The translations under genes were made by a program, and so were the position numbers. This document shows positions 27,430-35,675 of a stretch of 37,455 nucleotides of DNA, piece after piece; the first letter of the stretch is position 1, and each line of letters begins with the position of its first letter. Origin of the DNA: a virus (Duplodnaviria > Caudoviricetes); the IMG/VR virus record IMGVR_UViG_3300037483_000320, positions 1 through 37,455 of that record; one strand, given 5' to 3'. The notes below the pieces were generated by a model. The model was not told where the DNA came from, searched no databases, and saw nothing but the letters and a program-made list of their open reading frames with translations.

Positions 27430-27681
27430 ATGGCCGACAAGCAGGAATGGGGCATCGCGGCGGATATTCGTAAAATCCTGTCCGACGATAACGGGAATCT
27501 TTCAAGCAAGCGGGTCCTCGCCGTCCTGTGGGGCGTAGGCGTGTTCTTCGTGTGGGCGTTCGTCAGCGTCAGGAAGGGCGAGATGGCTCCGCTCGCGTGG
27601 GAGCACGTCGGCATCGTCCTGTCCTTGGCCGGGGTGGTCGCGGCCGGTAAATGGGGCGAGAAGCCGGGAGGCACGCCATGA
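27430..27681 (+). CDS. Putative holin, two TM helices
   Basis: LSDDNGNLSSKRV followed by two hydrophobic helices; in the lysis cluster. Confidence 0.6.
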   Translation: MADKQEWGIAADIRKILSDDNGNLSSKRVLAVLWGVGVFFVWAFVSVRKGEMAPLAWEHVGIVLSLAGVVAAGKWGEKPGGTP

Positions 27682-28091
27682 AGCGAATTATCACTTTCAC
27701 ACTTAGTGTGATGTTGGCAATCGCGACCTTCGCCCACGCAGAAACCCGTGAGGAAATGAAGGCACGGTTCGAGAAGGTTCGCAAGGAATGCGCGGCTCAG
27801 ACGGCCAGGGAACTTGCATATTATAACCCGCATTTCCTGGTCAGGGAGAAGTGCCGCCAGATAGACTCACTCCGCGACGACCTGATCCGGTGCGCCACGG
27901 AGCGCCACCACCTGCGCCGGGCGGCGGCCTGTCCGCACTTGTGGCACGGGATCGGGCCGAAGGTGAAGGGGTGTGCAAGGTGCGAATCCATCGCCCATTT
28001 CGTCAATGGGGAATGGCTCGTCGTGCTGGCGGACGGCATCTGGGTAGGACCGGAACCGAGAGATTACCCGGAAGACTACGGGCTGAAATAA
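27678..28091 (+). CDS. Hypothetical secreted protein with Cys-rich C-terminus
   Basis: GGAGG RBS, ATGA overlap, signal peptide ending AHA; CPH...CARC motif. Confidence 0.6.
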   Translation: MKRIITFTLSVMLAIATFAHAETREEMKARFEKVRKECAAQTARELAYYNPHFLVREKCRQIDSLRDDLIRCATERHHLRRAAACPHLWHGIGPKVKGCARCESIAHFVNGEWLVVLADGIWVGPEPRDYPEDYGLK

Positions 28092-28105
28092 CAATCCCAT
28101 AACTA

Positions 28106-28121
28106 TCGGATAAATATCCGA
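28106..28121. promoter_or_regulatory. Perfect inverted repeat TCGGATA-AA-TATCCGA, possible operator
   Basis: 7-bp arms in an AT-rich intergenic gap just upstream of the AAGGAG RBS. Confidence 0.4.
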
Positions 28122-28136
28122 CGAAAAGGAGAAGCC

Positions 28137-28361
28137 ATGCATTACAAGAATGGAAGGGAAGCAAAGGTTGGCGACAGGGTGGTAAATCTTTCGGGTGGGT
28201 TGATCGGCATCTTGTACGGCGTCAACGTCCAGTCGGAAACCTGCAACGGTAGGCTGGCGCAGACTTCGCAGAACGACCCCTATGTCACCATCGGGGAGTG
28301 CTTGCACCTTGACGATGTCTCCGCTGCGGAAATACCTGATGCCACGAAAGCGGAGAAGTAG
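28137..28361 (+). CDS. Small hypothetical protein (MHYKNGREAKVGDRVV), SH3-like beta barrel possible
   Basis: AAGGAG RBS; 74 aa. Confidence 0.7.
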   Translation: MHYKNGREAKVGDRVVNLSGGLIGILYGVNVQSETCNGRLAQTSQNDPYVTIGECLHLDDVSAAEIPDATKAEK

Positions 28362-28373
28362 GAGGGAGGCGAT

Positions 28374-29165
28374 ATGTCGTGGAGACAAAGGCTCGCGGAC
28401 TGGATCGCGCCAGCGGCGGCAAAGGTCGCCGGGCAGGTGGAGGCAGCCGCGGACGAGGCGAAGGACCGCATCGTCGTGGCGGTCCAGACGCAAGCCCCCG
28501 GGATGTCCCGCCGGCTTGTCCTCTTCCTCCTGACGCTGTCCTTGCTATTGCTCTCTGTCGGCGGATACGGGATCTACTGGCGATATTTTCGCCCGGTGAA
28601 ACCTCCTGCCGCGCTGGTCCCTGTCCAGACGCAGGGCGGGGGAAACGTCTACCAGGGGAATCAGGTCCCCGCGATGGCGAAGGCGGCCAAGGCGGGAAAG
28701 CCTAGGCCCACGACGACCGTGCGGCCGGTCACCACCACCCCCGTCGATGAACTACCCCCCGAGGAGCAGGCGAAGGCTCCGGCCATTCCCCCGGCTGCGG
28801 GTCCGGATAACGTCGTCCGAAAACTGCAACTCGGAGACACGCAGGTAGTCCCGCCGTCCCGCGGCGAGACCTACACCCGGGCGTACCTACTCCCGGACGG
28901 GGCCGTGAAGATATTCCAGGATCCACAGTCGGAGAAGTTCTGGGGCCTGCCGTGGAAGGACGGGAACTGGAAGCGGCTCGAACTGGAGGGCGGGTACGGG
29001 ACCGGCGGGAAGCAGATCGACGCGCAGATGTCTTGGTGGCCGGTGCGGATCGGGAACTTCCACGTCGGCGCCAGGGCGGAAGGGTGGATGGAGCCCGCCG
29101 GAGGGATGAAGGGCGCTACGTCGATCAGGGTCCGTTGGGAGCCGTTTCGTTCACAATACCGGTGA
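28374..29165 (+). CDS. Membrane protein: TM helix, Pro-rich linker, C-terminal amphipathic beta strands
   Basis: GGAGG RBS; RRLVLFLLTLSLLLLSVGGYGIYW; C-terminal alternating strands. Confidence 0.65.
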   Translation: MSWRQRLADWIAPAAAKVAGQVEAAADEAKDRIVVAVQTQAPGMSRRLVLFLLTLSLLLLSVGGYGIYWRYFRPVKPPAALVPVQTQGGGNVYQGNQVPAMAKAAKAGKPRPTTTVRPVTTTPVDELPPEEQAKAPAIPPAAGPDNVVRKLQLGDTQVVPPSRGETYTRAYLLPDGAVKIFQDPQSEKFWGLPWKDGNWKRLELEGGYGTGGKQIDAQMSWWPVRIGNFHVGARAEGWMEPAGGMKGATSIRVRWEPFRSQYR

Positions 29166-29181
29166 GGGAGGAAGTAAACTC

Positions 29182-29448
29182 ATGGACTTGATTCTCGGAG
29201 CGATCACGTTGAAAGATCTGATTTTACTCGCAGTCTTCGTGTTCGGCCTCGGTGGAATTTGGCGCGATATCCGGGAGATCAAAAAGACCGATATCCCCGA
29301 GATCAAAAAGACACAGCGGCGGCACTCGCAATACCTGTCGAACGACCACGATGTGCTGATAGAAATGGCGACACAGCACAACATCAATCACGGGGCGAAC
29401 ATCAGAATCCCGAAGATGACCATAACTGGAAACGGCAACGGTCCATGA
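29182..29448 (+). CDS. Single-TM protein with coiled-coil tail (holin-like)
   Basis: GGAGG RBS; LILLAVFVFGLGGIW followed by a charged helix. Confidence 0.6.
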   Translation: MDLILGAITLKDLILLAVFVFGLGGIWRDIREIKKTDIPEIKKTQRRHSQYLSNDHDVLIEMATQHNINHGANIRIPKMTITGNGNGP

Positions 29449-29759
29449 AAGAAGCCACCATCCACCTCGACGGCGCCGGGCACGTGCAGGATATCCATTT
29501 CGACGGAGCCAAGGAAGGCACACCCATCAGTGCGTTCCTCCTGCTGACCTCCGTACCAGCCGATCCCCCGGGCTGTCACATGCTCACCTACGGCAATTCC
29601 AACTTGATCGGCAACGCCCTGATGACCCTGTACGAGCGTTCCGTGGTCGAGCACCCGGAAATGGCGTGGATGCTTGAGCAGGTAAGCAGGGGGATCATCG
29701 GCCTCGCGGAGGCCGCCCGCCAAGGATGGCCATCGGATTCGAATGCGGGGAACGCCTGA
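29445..29759 (+). CDS. Hypothetical protein (104 aa)
   Basis: ATGA overlap; last gene of the + strand operon. Confidence 0.6.
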   Translation: MKEATIHLDGAGHVQDIHFDGAKEGTPISAFLLLTSVPADPPGCHMLTYGNSNLIGNALMTLYERSVVEHPEMAWMLEQVSRGIIGLAEAARQGWPSDSNAGNA

Positions 29760-29992
29760 TCCCTCGATCGTCCGTACCCCGCCCGCCGCCCAGGGCTGGC
29801 CGTGTGCCACGATCCGGACCTTCTACGAGCCGTAGGGAGGGGGCGGGCCGGAGGGCCGAAATCCCGCGTATACGCCCCTAGGATCGATCGGGGCGTTTCT
29901 GACAAATTCATACACGCCTGATCGACCTAACCCTGTGATATTGCGCCTTGCACAAATGGAGGGCTGGAACGAACACCTACCAATAAAAACGC
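29760..29992. other. Candidate attP/convergent termination region
   Basis: Non-coding gap between the end of the late operon and the integrase 3' end; hairpin ACGCCCC...GGGGCGT (29872-29896). No core site identified. Confidence 0.4.
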
Positions 29993-31204
29993 CTACTTAC
30001 GCACATCCTCCCGCAAATCCCTGACACGGCGCTCCTCGATCGGCCGGACGTATCCCCGGGCGATTTTCACCGTATCCCCGAGCACTCTTCCCACCTTCCG
30101 CCACATTTCCTTTTGCAAATCAATCATTTCCCGTGTAGCCTTCGAATGACGGCAGGCCGCGTACAGGGAAATGTTCAGTCCTGACGCCACGGATGCCTTG
30201 TGCCAGACGGTGGAGAGGCGCCCCGGGCTGTAGGCGTTCCCGTACCGGGTTGTCCAGAGGAAGTCCCCGGGGAAGCGGTCGCGGCAAATCGCCTCCAGTT
30301 CAAGGAATAGGGGCTCCGGGATCGGCTTCATCATCCACGATCCGGTCTTCGTGGTCTTCTCCTTCTTCCATTGCGAGATCGCCCGCTGGACGTACAGGAA
30401 TGTCCCGTCTGCGTTCTTCACCAGGTCTTTCTTCTTCAGCCCGCATGCTTCCCCGATCCTCATCCCCGTGACGAACAGGACTCGGTACGCCAGGTGAAGG
30501 TTAGGGAACGGGATCAGCGCCAGCGTTCCCTCTTGCTCCGGTGTGTCGATCCAGCCGATCTCCTTCCGGACGATGCCGATCATCGGCAGGGGAGGAACCT
30601 CGATCCGCTGCGGGTGCGGCAGGTGGTACCGGTTGAACCACCGGACGAACGCCTGGACTTGCTGAAGGTACTTCTTCCGGGCCAGCCCCTCGACGCCCCT
30701 CCGAACGTATTCCTTGTCCAGCGCCTGCAGGTCGTCTCCTGTCAACGTGCGGCAGTCCCTCGGGCCGATCACTTCCGATAGTTCCGTCAGCACACGTTCG
30801 GTCTGATTCTGATGGCCACGGCCGCGTCCTCCACGGAGGAGGGCAGAGACATATTCATCCCGAAGATCCGGCAGCTGATACTTCCGCGTCTTCTCCGACT
30901 GCCACATCCGGGCGTCGAGGGTTCCGGCCTTCAGCTGTCCGCGGATCGTGGAGAGCGTAATATCTGCTGCATTGAACGAGAAATACGGTTCCCCGTCCGT
31001 CGACTTCACCACGTTGCCGATTTTCTCCCCGCGGCGGTCGCGGATCCCCCGGGCGTCGATGTAGACGCGCAGCGGCCGCGTCAGGCAAAACCGGCACAGG
31101 ATGTCGATCTGTTTCCCTTTGATGAGCGGATGGTCGATGGATTCGAAGGAACCGTGGCACTTCGGACACTTCTCGCCCGGCCAGGACCGGATGCGTCCCT
31201 TCAT
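29993..31204 (-). CDS. int: Tyrosine recombinase/integrase with N-terminal Zn ribbon
   Basis: GGGGAGGTG RBS before ATG 31204; TGMRIGEACGL, TTKTG, CRHS, LGD, GY; N-terminal CPKC...CRFC. Confidence 0.85.
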   Translation of the reverse strand: MKGRIRSWPGEKCPKCHGSFESIDHPLIKGKQIDILCRFCLTRPLRVYIDARGIRDRRGEKIGNVVKSTDGEPYFSFNAADITLSTIRGQLKAGTLDARMWQSEKTRKYQLPDLRDEYVSALLRGGRGRGHQNQTERVLTELSEVIGPRDCRTLTGDDLQALDKEYVRRGVEGLARKKYLQQVQAFVRWFNRYHLPHPQRIEVPPLPMIGIVRKEIGWIDTPEQEGTLALIPFPNLHLAYRVLFVTGMRIGEACGLKKKDLVKNADGTFLYVQRAISQWKKEKTTKTGSWMMKPIPEPLFLELEAICRDRFPGDFLWTTRYGNAYSPGRLSTVWHKASVASGLNISLYAACRHSKATREMIDLQKEMWRKVGRVLGDTVKIARGYVRPIEERRVRDLREDVRK

Positions 31205-31317
31205 GTACCACACCTCCCCCGAGGTATTACCCGAGGGAGGGTACTTCGCCTGGCCCCCCGGAGTCAACCTAAGGGGAGAGATACTGACCCCGAGGGGCGC
31301 AGGCGAAGGCTGGAGGT

Positions 31318-32337
31318 TCATGCGCGGGCTTTCGGGAGAGTCAACTGTTGCGCGGCATCGTCTTGCCATCCAACCCCGATGTAGTCGAGCACTGCGCCCC
31401 AGCCCATGTCGTACATCCAGAATTTCCACTCCCGGTAGTTCCTCTGTCGCATTCGATCGAACCGGTGTGGGCGGCCCTCGACGTGGATCCCGAACCCGCA
31501 GTCCGTGCAGCCGGTACGCTTGGCCTCCGTGGTTTCTAACAGGCCATTCGGTTGCTCCCTGATCTCCCCGTAAATTTCAGGCACCGGGACGTCCAGGTCC
31601 AGGGCGAGTCTGAGCAGGTCGTCCCGTAGGAAGATCGCGAAGGGGCAAGAACGCTGAACCGTTTTCCCGTAATAGTTACAACCGTGCTTCATCAGTGCTT
31701 TCTGCCGCTGTCCTCCCTCGCTTGCCATCAGCCCCATGTATGGCTTAAGCCCCGCCTTTTTTGCCCAGTCGTCCGCGGGCTTCTCCTTCATCCAGTAGCA
31801 GCAATTGGGCGATACGCGGAAGGGGGCCGTCTGGTAATTCGTGCCGTATTTCGCATTCTCCGGCCCGGCGAATAAGCGCAACCACTTCTCCGGAAGCCGC
31901 ATCCTGGTCCCTTTGCGCCATCCGCCATAGGCTCCCGTGTCGCCCGTGATGATCGCATTTCTAACCGTGGCGTTCTTCTCGGTCGGGCGCTGGAGCATCT
32001 GAATTTTCCCGGCCTTCTCCTTGCTGATGACCGGGTACCCATGCTCCTTGATGACCTGGACCATGGACTTGTAGGGCTTGACGATCGCCATATTCGGGAG
32101 TTGTCGGTGGATCTGCTGGATGCTCTTATCCTCCAGGCTCGAAACGGACATCGCGACAATCCCTGGATCCACATACTTCCGGAGCATCGTGATGAGAACA
32201 ATGCTGTCCAAGCCGCCGACGCTACAGAAAACCTTCCCCTTCATCTCCTCGTAGAACTCCTGGGCTTTGCAGATGGCCCAATCCTTCTTCACGTCGTAGG
32301 GGAGCCGCTGTAGCTCCATGAAGCGCTTTGGATCCAT
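31318..32337 (-). CDS. PAPS-reductase-like (PP-loop, Fe-S) phage protein
   Basis: SVGGLDS PP-loop variant, GYPVISKE, VSPNCCYWMKEKP, KRTGCTDCGFG. Confidence 0.8.
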   Translation of the reverse strand: MDPKRFMELQRLPYDVKKDWAICKAQEFYEEMKGKVFCSVGGLDSIVLITMLRKYVDPGIVAMSVSSLEDKSIQQIHRQLPNMAIVKPYKSMVQVIKEHGYPVISKEKAGKIQMLQRPTEKNATVRNAIITGDTGAYGGWRKGTRMRLPEKWLRLFAGPENAKYGTNYQTAPFRVSPNCCYWMKEKPADDWAKKAGLKPYMGLMASEGGQRQKALMKHGCNYYGKTVQRSCPFAIFLRDDLLRLALDLDVPVPEIYGEIREQPNGLLETTEAKRTGCTDCGFGIHVEGRPHRFDRMRQRNYREWKFWMYDMGWGAVLDYIGVGWQDDAAQQLTLPKARA

Positions 32338-32936
32338 CACCCGAACAGCTCCTCGCTGGCTTTGACTTCCCCGCGGCCGACCGTGTGTTGCCACGTCTTG
32401 CCGGCGAGGATGCTCCAAATCGACGATTGAGTTACACCGAAAGCAATCGCTAGTCGTGTCTGAGTCCATCCTTCCGCCCTGAGCCGTCGGATTTCGGAGA
32501 CCTGTTCCTCGGTCAGTTTTGCGCCGAATACCCGTTCTCCGCGAGGATGCTTCTCTGGGTGCTTTTGGAAAACGCCGCGTCCCCGTTTGAGCGAGTCTTG
32601 GGTGTTGTCTTTAGAAGTCCCGGGCGATATATGATCTGGCCGAACGCATGGCGGGTTATCGCAGGAGTGCAGGACCAGCACATCGTCAGAGAGTGGGCCG
32701 TTGTGCAATACCCATGAGACCCGGTGCGCCTTTAAGAGTCGACTTCCCCGTCCAGCTTCACGGATTTGCCCGTACCCATGACCGTCCGTGGACCCCGTCC
32801 AGATCCAACATCCATCCGTCTTGTGGACTTTTACCCAGAAGCGTTCGGAGATGGAAATACACCTGTAGAGGCGCAACCGCTTCGAACTTCCAACAGTCCT
32901 AGAATCCAGACTCGCGGAGAGATCGAGGAACGTCAT
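32337..32936 (-). CDS. HNH homing endonuclease (HNH_3 type) with C-terminal HTH
   Basis: RFWVKV..GCWIWTG..GYG..AHRVSW..VLHSCDNPPCVRPDH..DN; AKLTEEQVSEIR..LAIAFGVTQSSI. Confidence 0.88.
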   Translation of the reverse strand: MTFLDLSASLDSRTVGSSKRLRLYRCISISERFWVKVHKTDGCWIWTGSTDGHGYGQIREAGRGSRLLKAHRVSWVLHNGPLSDDVLVLHSCDNPPCVRPDHISPGTSKDNTQDSLKRGRGVFQKHPEKHPRGERVFGAKLTEEQVSEIRRLRAEGWTQTRLAIAFGVTQSSIWSILAGKTWQHTVGRGEVKASEELFG

Positions 32937-32937
32937 G

Positions 32938-34653
32938 TCACCCCTCCAAGAACAGGACGCGGTTGGCCACGACCCGCCCCGGCGCCGGGTAGTCGATGAG
33001 GCCGAGGGACCGAAGCCGGCCGAGATTGTTGAAGTACCCGCCCGACGTCGGCGATTGGCCCGCTTTCTCCGCAAGGTCCGACTTCGCCATGTCGTCCGGG
33101 TAGGCGGCGATCACGTTCCGCAGGATTGCGTTCTGCGACCCGGAGAGCTTTCGATAAAGTTGCGCATGGAGTTCCTCGCTCGTCGTCGGAATGTCCCCTT
33201 GCCGCGCGCTGCCCCGACCGGTTTCCGTCAGGGCAACGACGGAAGGGGAGGGGTAGCTGATCATCTCGAACGATCGCAGCCGTCCGAGGTTGTTGAAGTA
33301 TCCGCCGCTCGTGGGGCTCTGGTCTGCGAGCAGGGCCACCTGCGTCTTGCTGGCCGAGGCGATCCCCACCGATTCAAGCCACGCCAAGGAATCGAGGATG
33401 CGCTGCTGCGAAGAGGATATCTTCTCGTCCGAAGGTCTATGGGGATTCCCCGTGACTCGCCGAGGTTCCGGCGCGCGGTGTTTTTCAAGGGGAATTCGGC
33501 TTTTTCCCGTCGTGACCTTGATCGGGTTCATGATGCCCGCATGCCCGACACCGGCCACTATCTCATCGACAATCCTCTGTATTTTCTCTCCCGCTTCTTG
33601 GACGTTGCTGAGGAGCTTCTTGGTCACCTCGCCCGTCGCCGCGCGCCGAATCTGCAGGATGTCTTCTTCGCTGATCGTCGCCGGAACCGGCGCCGACTTC
33701 GCCTTCCGCAGCTCCCCCTCGAGGACGGCGATCCGCTTCCGGAGCTCCCGGGGATCCTCGGCCTTCGCCTTCTCGATCATCTCCGCCAGGTCCGACCGGA
33801 GCGCCTCGACGTCGACGGAGGACAAGCTCGCCGCCCGGGCGGCCTTGCCGACCTCGGGGGTGGCGGAGGCGTCGAAGGTCTGCTTCTTCGCGAACTGGAC
33901 CCGCTTGTAGACCCGCAGCCAGGCCGGGGACCAGACGTACCCTTCCCCGCGACCGAGGGAGGGGAGCTCGCCGACCAGGCTGCGGTCCGCGCCCGCTTCC
34001 TGGACCCATCCTTCGAGGGCCTTCCGTTCGTGGGGCCCGGTCACCTGGAGGACGAACAGGCACTCGACCTGGTTGAGCGCGTTCTTGTTCACCGACTGCG
34101 GGCGCTGCGTCACAAGTGTGCAGCCGATCCCGTAGTTCCGCCCGAGCCGGACGATGTGCTCATACGCTCCGACCATCCGGGCCTCGTCGTGTCCGACCCG
34201 CTCCGGGATGAGGAGCTGCGCCTCCTCGACGAACAGGTGCATGGCGGTCCGCTGCTTCTTCTTCAGGTGGAGCAGCTCCTCGGCGAACTCCCACGCGAAC
34301 CGCTTCCGCTCGTGGATCCGGAAGCTCGAGATGTCGAGGACGGCGGAGATGTTCTTCTCGACGATCAGCTTCGCCAGCCGGGGCCCGCTCTCCGGGGCGA
34401 TCGGCACGTCGCCGTGATCGCCGCCCAGGACGAAGATCTCCTTCCCCTTCGACTTCCCGTCGGCGCCGACCCTCAAGCCCCACCAGTTCCCCACGACGTC
34501 CAGGCAGACCACCTGCGCGCCGGCGTCGAGCATCTGTTCTGCCATCATCGTGGCGAGATAGGTCTTCCCCGCGCCCTTCCGGCCGATCGCGCCGAAGGTC
34601 TGCGTGACGCAATCCAGCGGCAGGGACAGGCCGGAGGCGATGCGGATGGTCAT
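32938..34653 (-). CDS. HerA/FtsK-like (DUF87) ATPase with coiled coil and duplicated C-terminal winged helix
   Basis: Walker A GRKGAGKT, Walker B LFVEEA, GRNYGIG, TQRP; two QSPTSGGYFNNLGRLRS repeats. Confidence 0.85.
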   Translation of the reverse strand: MTIRIASGLSLPLDCVTQTFGAIGRKGAGKTYLATMMAEQMLDAGAQVVCLDVVGNWWGLRVGADGKSKGKEIFVLGGDHGDVPIAPESGPRLAKLIVEKNISAVLDISSFRIHERKRFAWEFAEELLHLKKKQRTAMHLFVEEAQLLIPERVGHDEARMVGAYEHIVRLGRNYGIGCTLVTQRPQSVNKNALNQVECLFVLQVTGPHERKALEGWVQEAGADRSLVGELPSLGRGEGYVWSPAWLRVYKRVQFAKKQTFDASATPEVGKAARAASLSSVDVEALRSDLAEMIEKAKAEDPRELRKRIAVLEGELRKAKSAPVPATISEEDILQIRRAATGEVTKKLLSNVQEAGEKIQRIVDEIVAGVGHAGIMNPIKVTTGKSRIPLEKHRAPEPRRVTGNPHRPSDEKISSSQQRILDSLAWLESVGIASASKTQVALLADQSPTSGGYFNNLGRLRSFEMISYPSPSVVALTETGRGSARQGDIPTTSEELHAQLYRKLSGSQNAILRNVIAAYPDDMAKSDLAEKAGQSPTSGGYFNNLGRLRSLGLIDYPAPGRVVANRVLFLEG

Positions 34654-34829
34654 TTCTTTCCCTTCCTGAACTCCGCCGCCTGCGGACACGTTGCGAAATG
34701 GCTCGTTCCGTCCGGGTTGACAGGCATCGGCTTCTCCTTCGGTTTGATCCAGTAGATCAGCGCCCGGCAGCCCCGGCACTCCGACGGGTTCGCGGAGGGC
34801 GGGATCTCGAACTTCACTTCACGCCCCAT
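34650..34829 (-). CDS. Small Zn-finger protein (59 aa); absent from the ORF track
   Basis: MGREVKFEIPPSANPSECRGCRALIYWIKPKEKPMPVNPDGTSHFATCPQAAEFRKGKK; AAGGAGG RBS; ATGA overlap with the ATPase. Confidence 0.75.
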   Translation of the reverse strand: MGREVKFEIPPSANPSECRGCRALIYWIKPKEKPMPVNPDGTSHFATCPQAAEFRKGKK

Positions 34830-35016
34830 GCCCGTTTTGCCTCCTTCGCTGCTGTTTCGACGGTTCGTGTCCGACGTGGTATCCGGGGCAATGCCGGCAT
34901 TTATACGGCCTCAGTTCCCCGCCCGTCTTCCCCGCCGCGATCCACGCCGCGCCGAGTGTGGAGTGAGATACCTTTCCAATACAGGATTTTCTGCGAATGG
35001 CTCGCTTGCTGCTCAT
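34819..35016 (-). CDS. Small basic Zn-finger protein (C..K...YKCRHCPGYH)
   Basis: ATGA overlap with the HNH gene; Cys/His motif common in small phage proteins. Confidence 0.7.
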   Translation of the reverse strand: MSSKRAIRRKSCIGKVSHSTLGAAWIAAGKTGGELRPYKCRHCPGYHVGHEPSKQQRRRQNGHGA

Positions 35017-35675
35017 AGCAGGTATCCCATTTCCCGCATGAACTTTATCGGATCCTTGTTGCTCTTCTTCGAATTACACTTCGGACAAAGAAGTTGCATA
35101 TTTCTATCCTCATGCCTCCCCGGCTCCCCGCCATTTCTCGGGATGAGCGGAATGATATGGTCAAGATGATTGCCTGCCTTCTTTAAACTCTTATTGCAAG
35201 CTGCACATTTTCCACGCTGGAGCACAAAGAGCTTCTCCGTAATATCCACGGAAAGCGTCCCTTTACTTTTTGCTTTCCTTGCCCTTCTTTTGCTTTCATG
35301 TATCCTGCTGGCATTAGGATGTTTCTTTCTCCATTCCTTCGAGTATTCACTTTCCTTACCTTTGTTCCTTTCCCTATATGAAACCTTACCGGCTATGTGC
35401 TTATCGGGATTCTTCGCTCTCCATTCGGAGCATTCTTTCCTGTATTTTTCTGGATCGGCCGCTCTTCTTTTTGCTTGGCGTTTCCTGGCTTGCTCTTTAT
35501 ATTTCTTCCTTCGCGCTGTGTCGTATTCCGCGTTTTTGGCTCTCCATGCGGCACATCCGGCTCTGGATTTCTCCGGGTTCTCTGCACGCCATCTGGCCGT
35601 GGCCGCTTTTACCCTCTCCGGATATTTCGCGCGGTATCTGGCCGAACATTCTTTTGCTTTTTTGGGATCTCTCAT
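35013..35675 (-). CDS. HNH endonuclease with Arg/Lys-rich helical repeats, AT-richer than flanks
   Basis: QRGKCAAC..HLDHIIPL..NMQLLCPKCNSKK; repeated WRAKNP-like units. Confidence 0.88.
   Translation of the reverse strand: MRDPKKAKECSARYRAKYPERVKAATARWRAENPEKSRAGCAAWRAKNAEYDTARRKKYKEQARKRQAKRRAADPEKYRKECSEWRAKNPDKHIAGKVSYRERNKGKESEYSKEWRKKHPNASRIHESKRRARKAKSKGTLSVDITEKLFVLQRGKCAACNKSLKKAGNHLDHIIPLIPRNGGEPGRHEDRNMQLLCPKCNSKKSNKDPIKFMREMGYLL

Noticed and set aside
29760-29992. tRNA or structured ncRNA near the integrase
   Set aside because: No T-loop GTTCRA with a matching acceptor stem or cloverleaf was found; only short GC hairpins.
31205-31429. 75-aa N-terminal extension of the integrase in the ORF track
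   Set aside because: Overlaps the PAPS-reductase-like gene; a strong RBS precedes ATG 31204.
32935-34755. 606-aa + strand ORF antisense to the HerA-like gene (and similar antisense ORFs at 1722-3071, 4251-5504, 11146-12456)
   Set aside because: No motifs or RBS; explained by GC-biased codon usage on the opposite strand.
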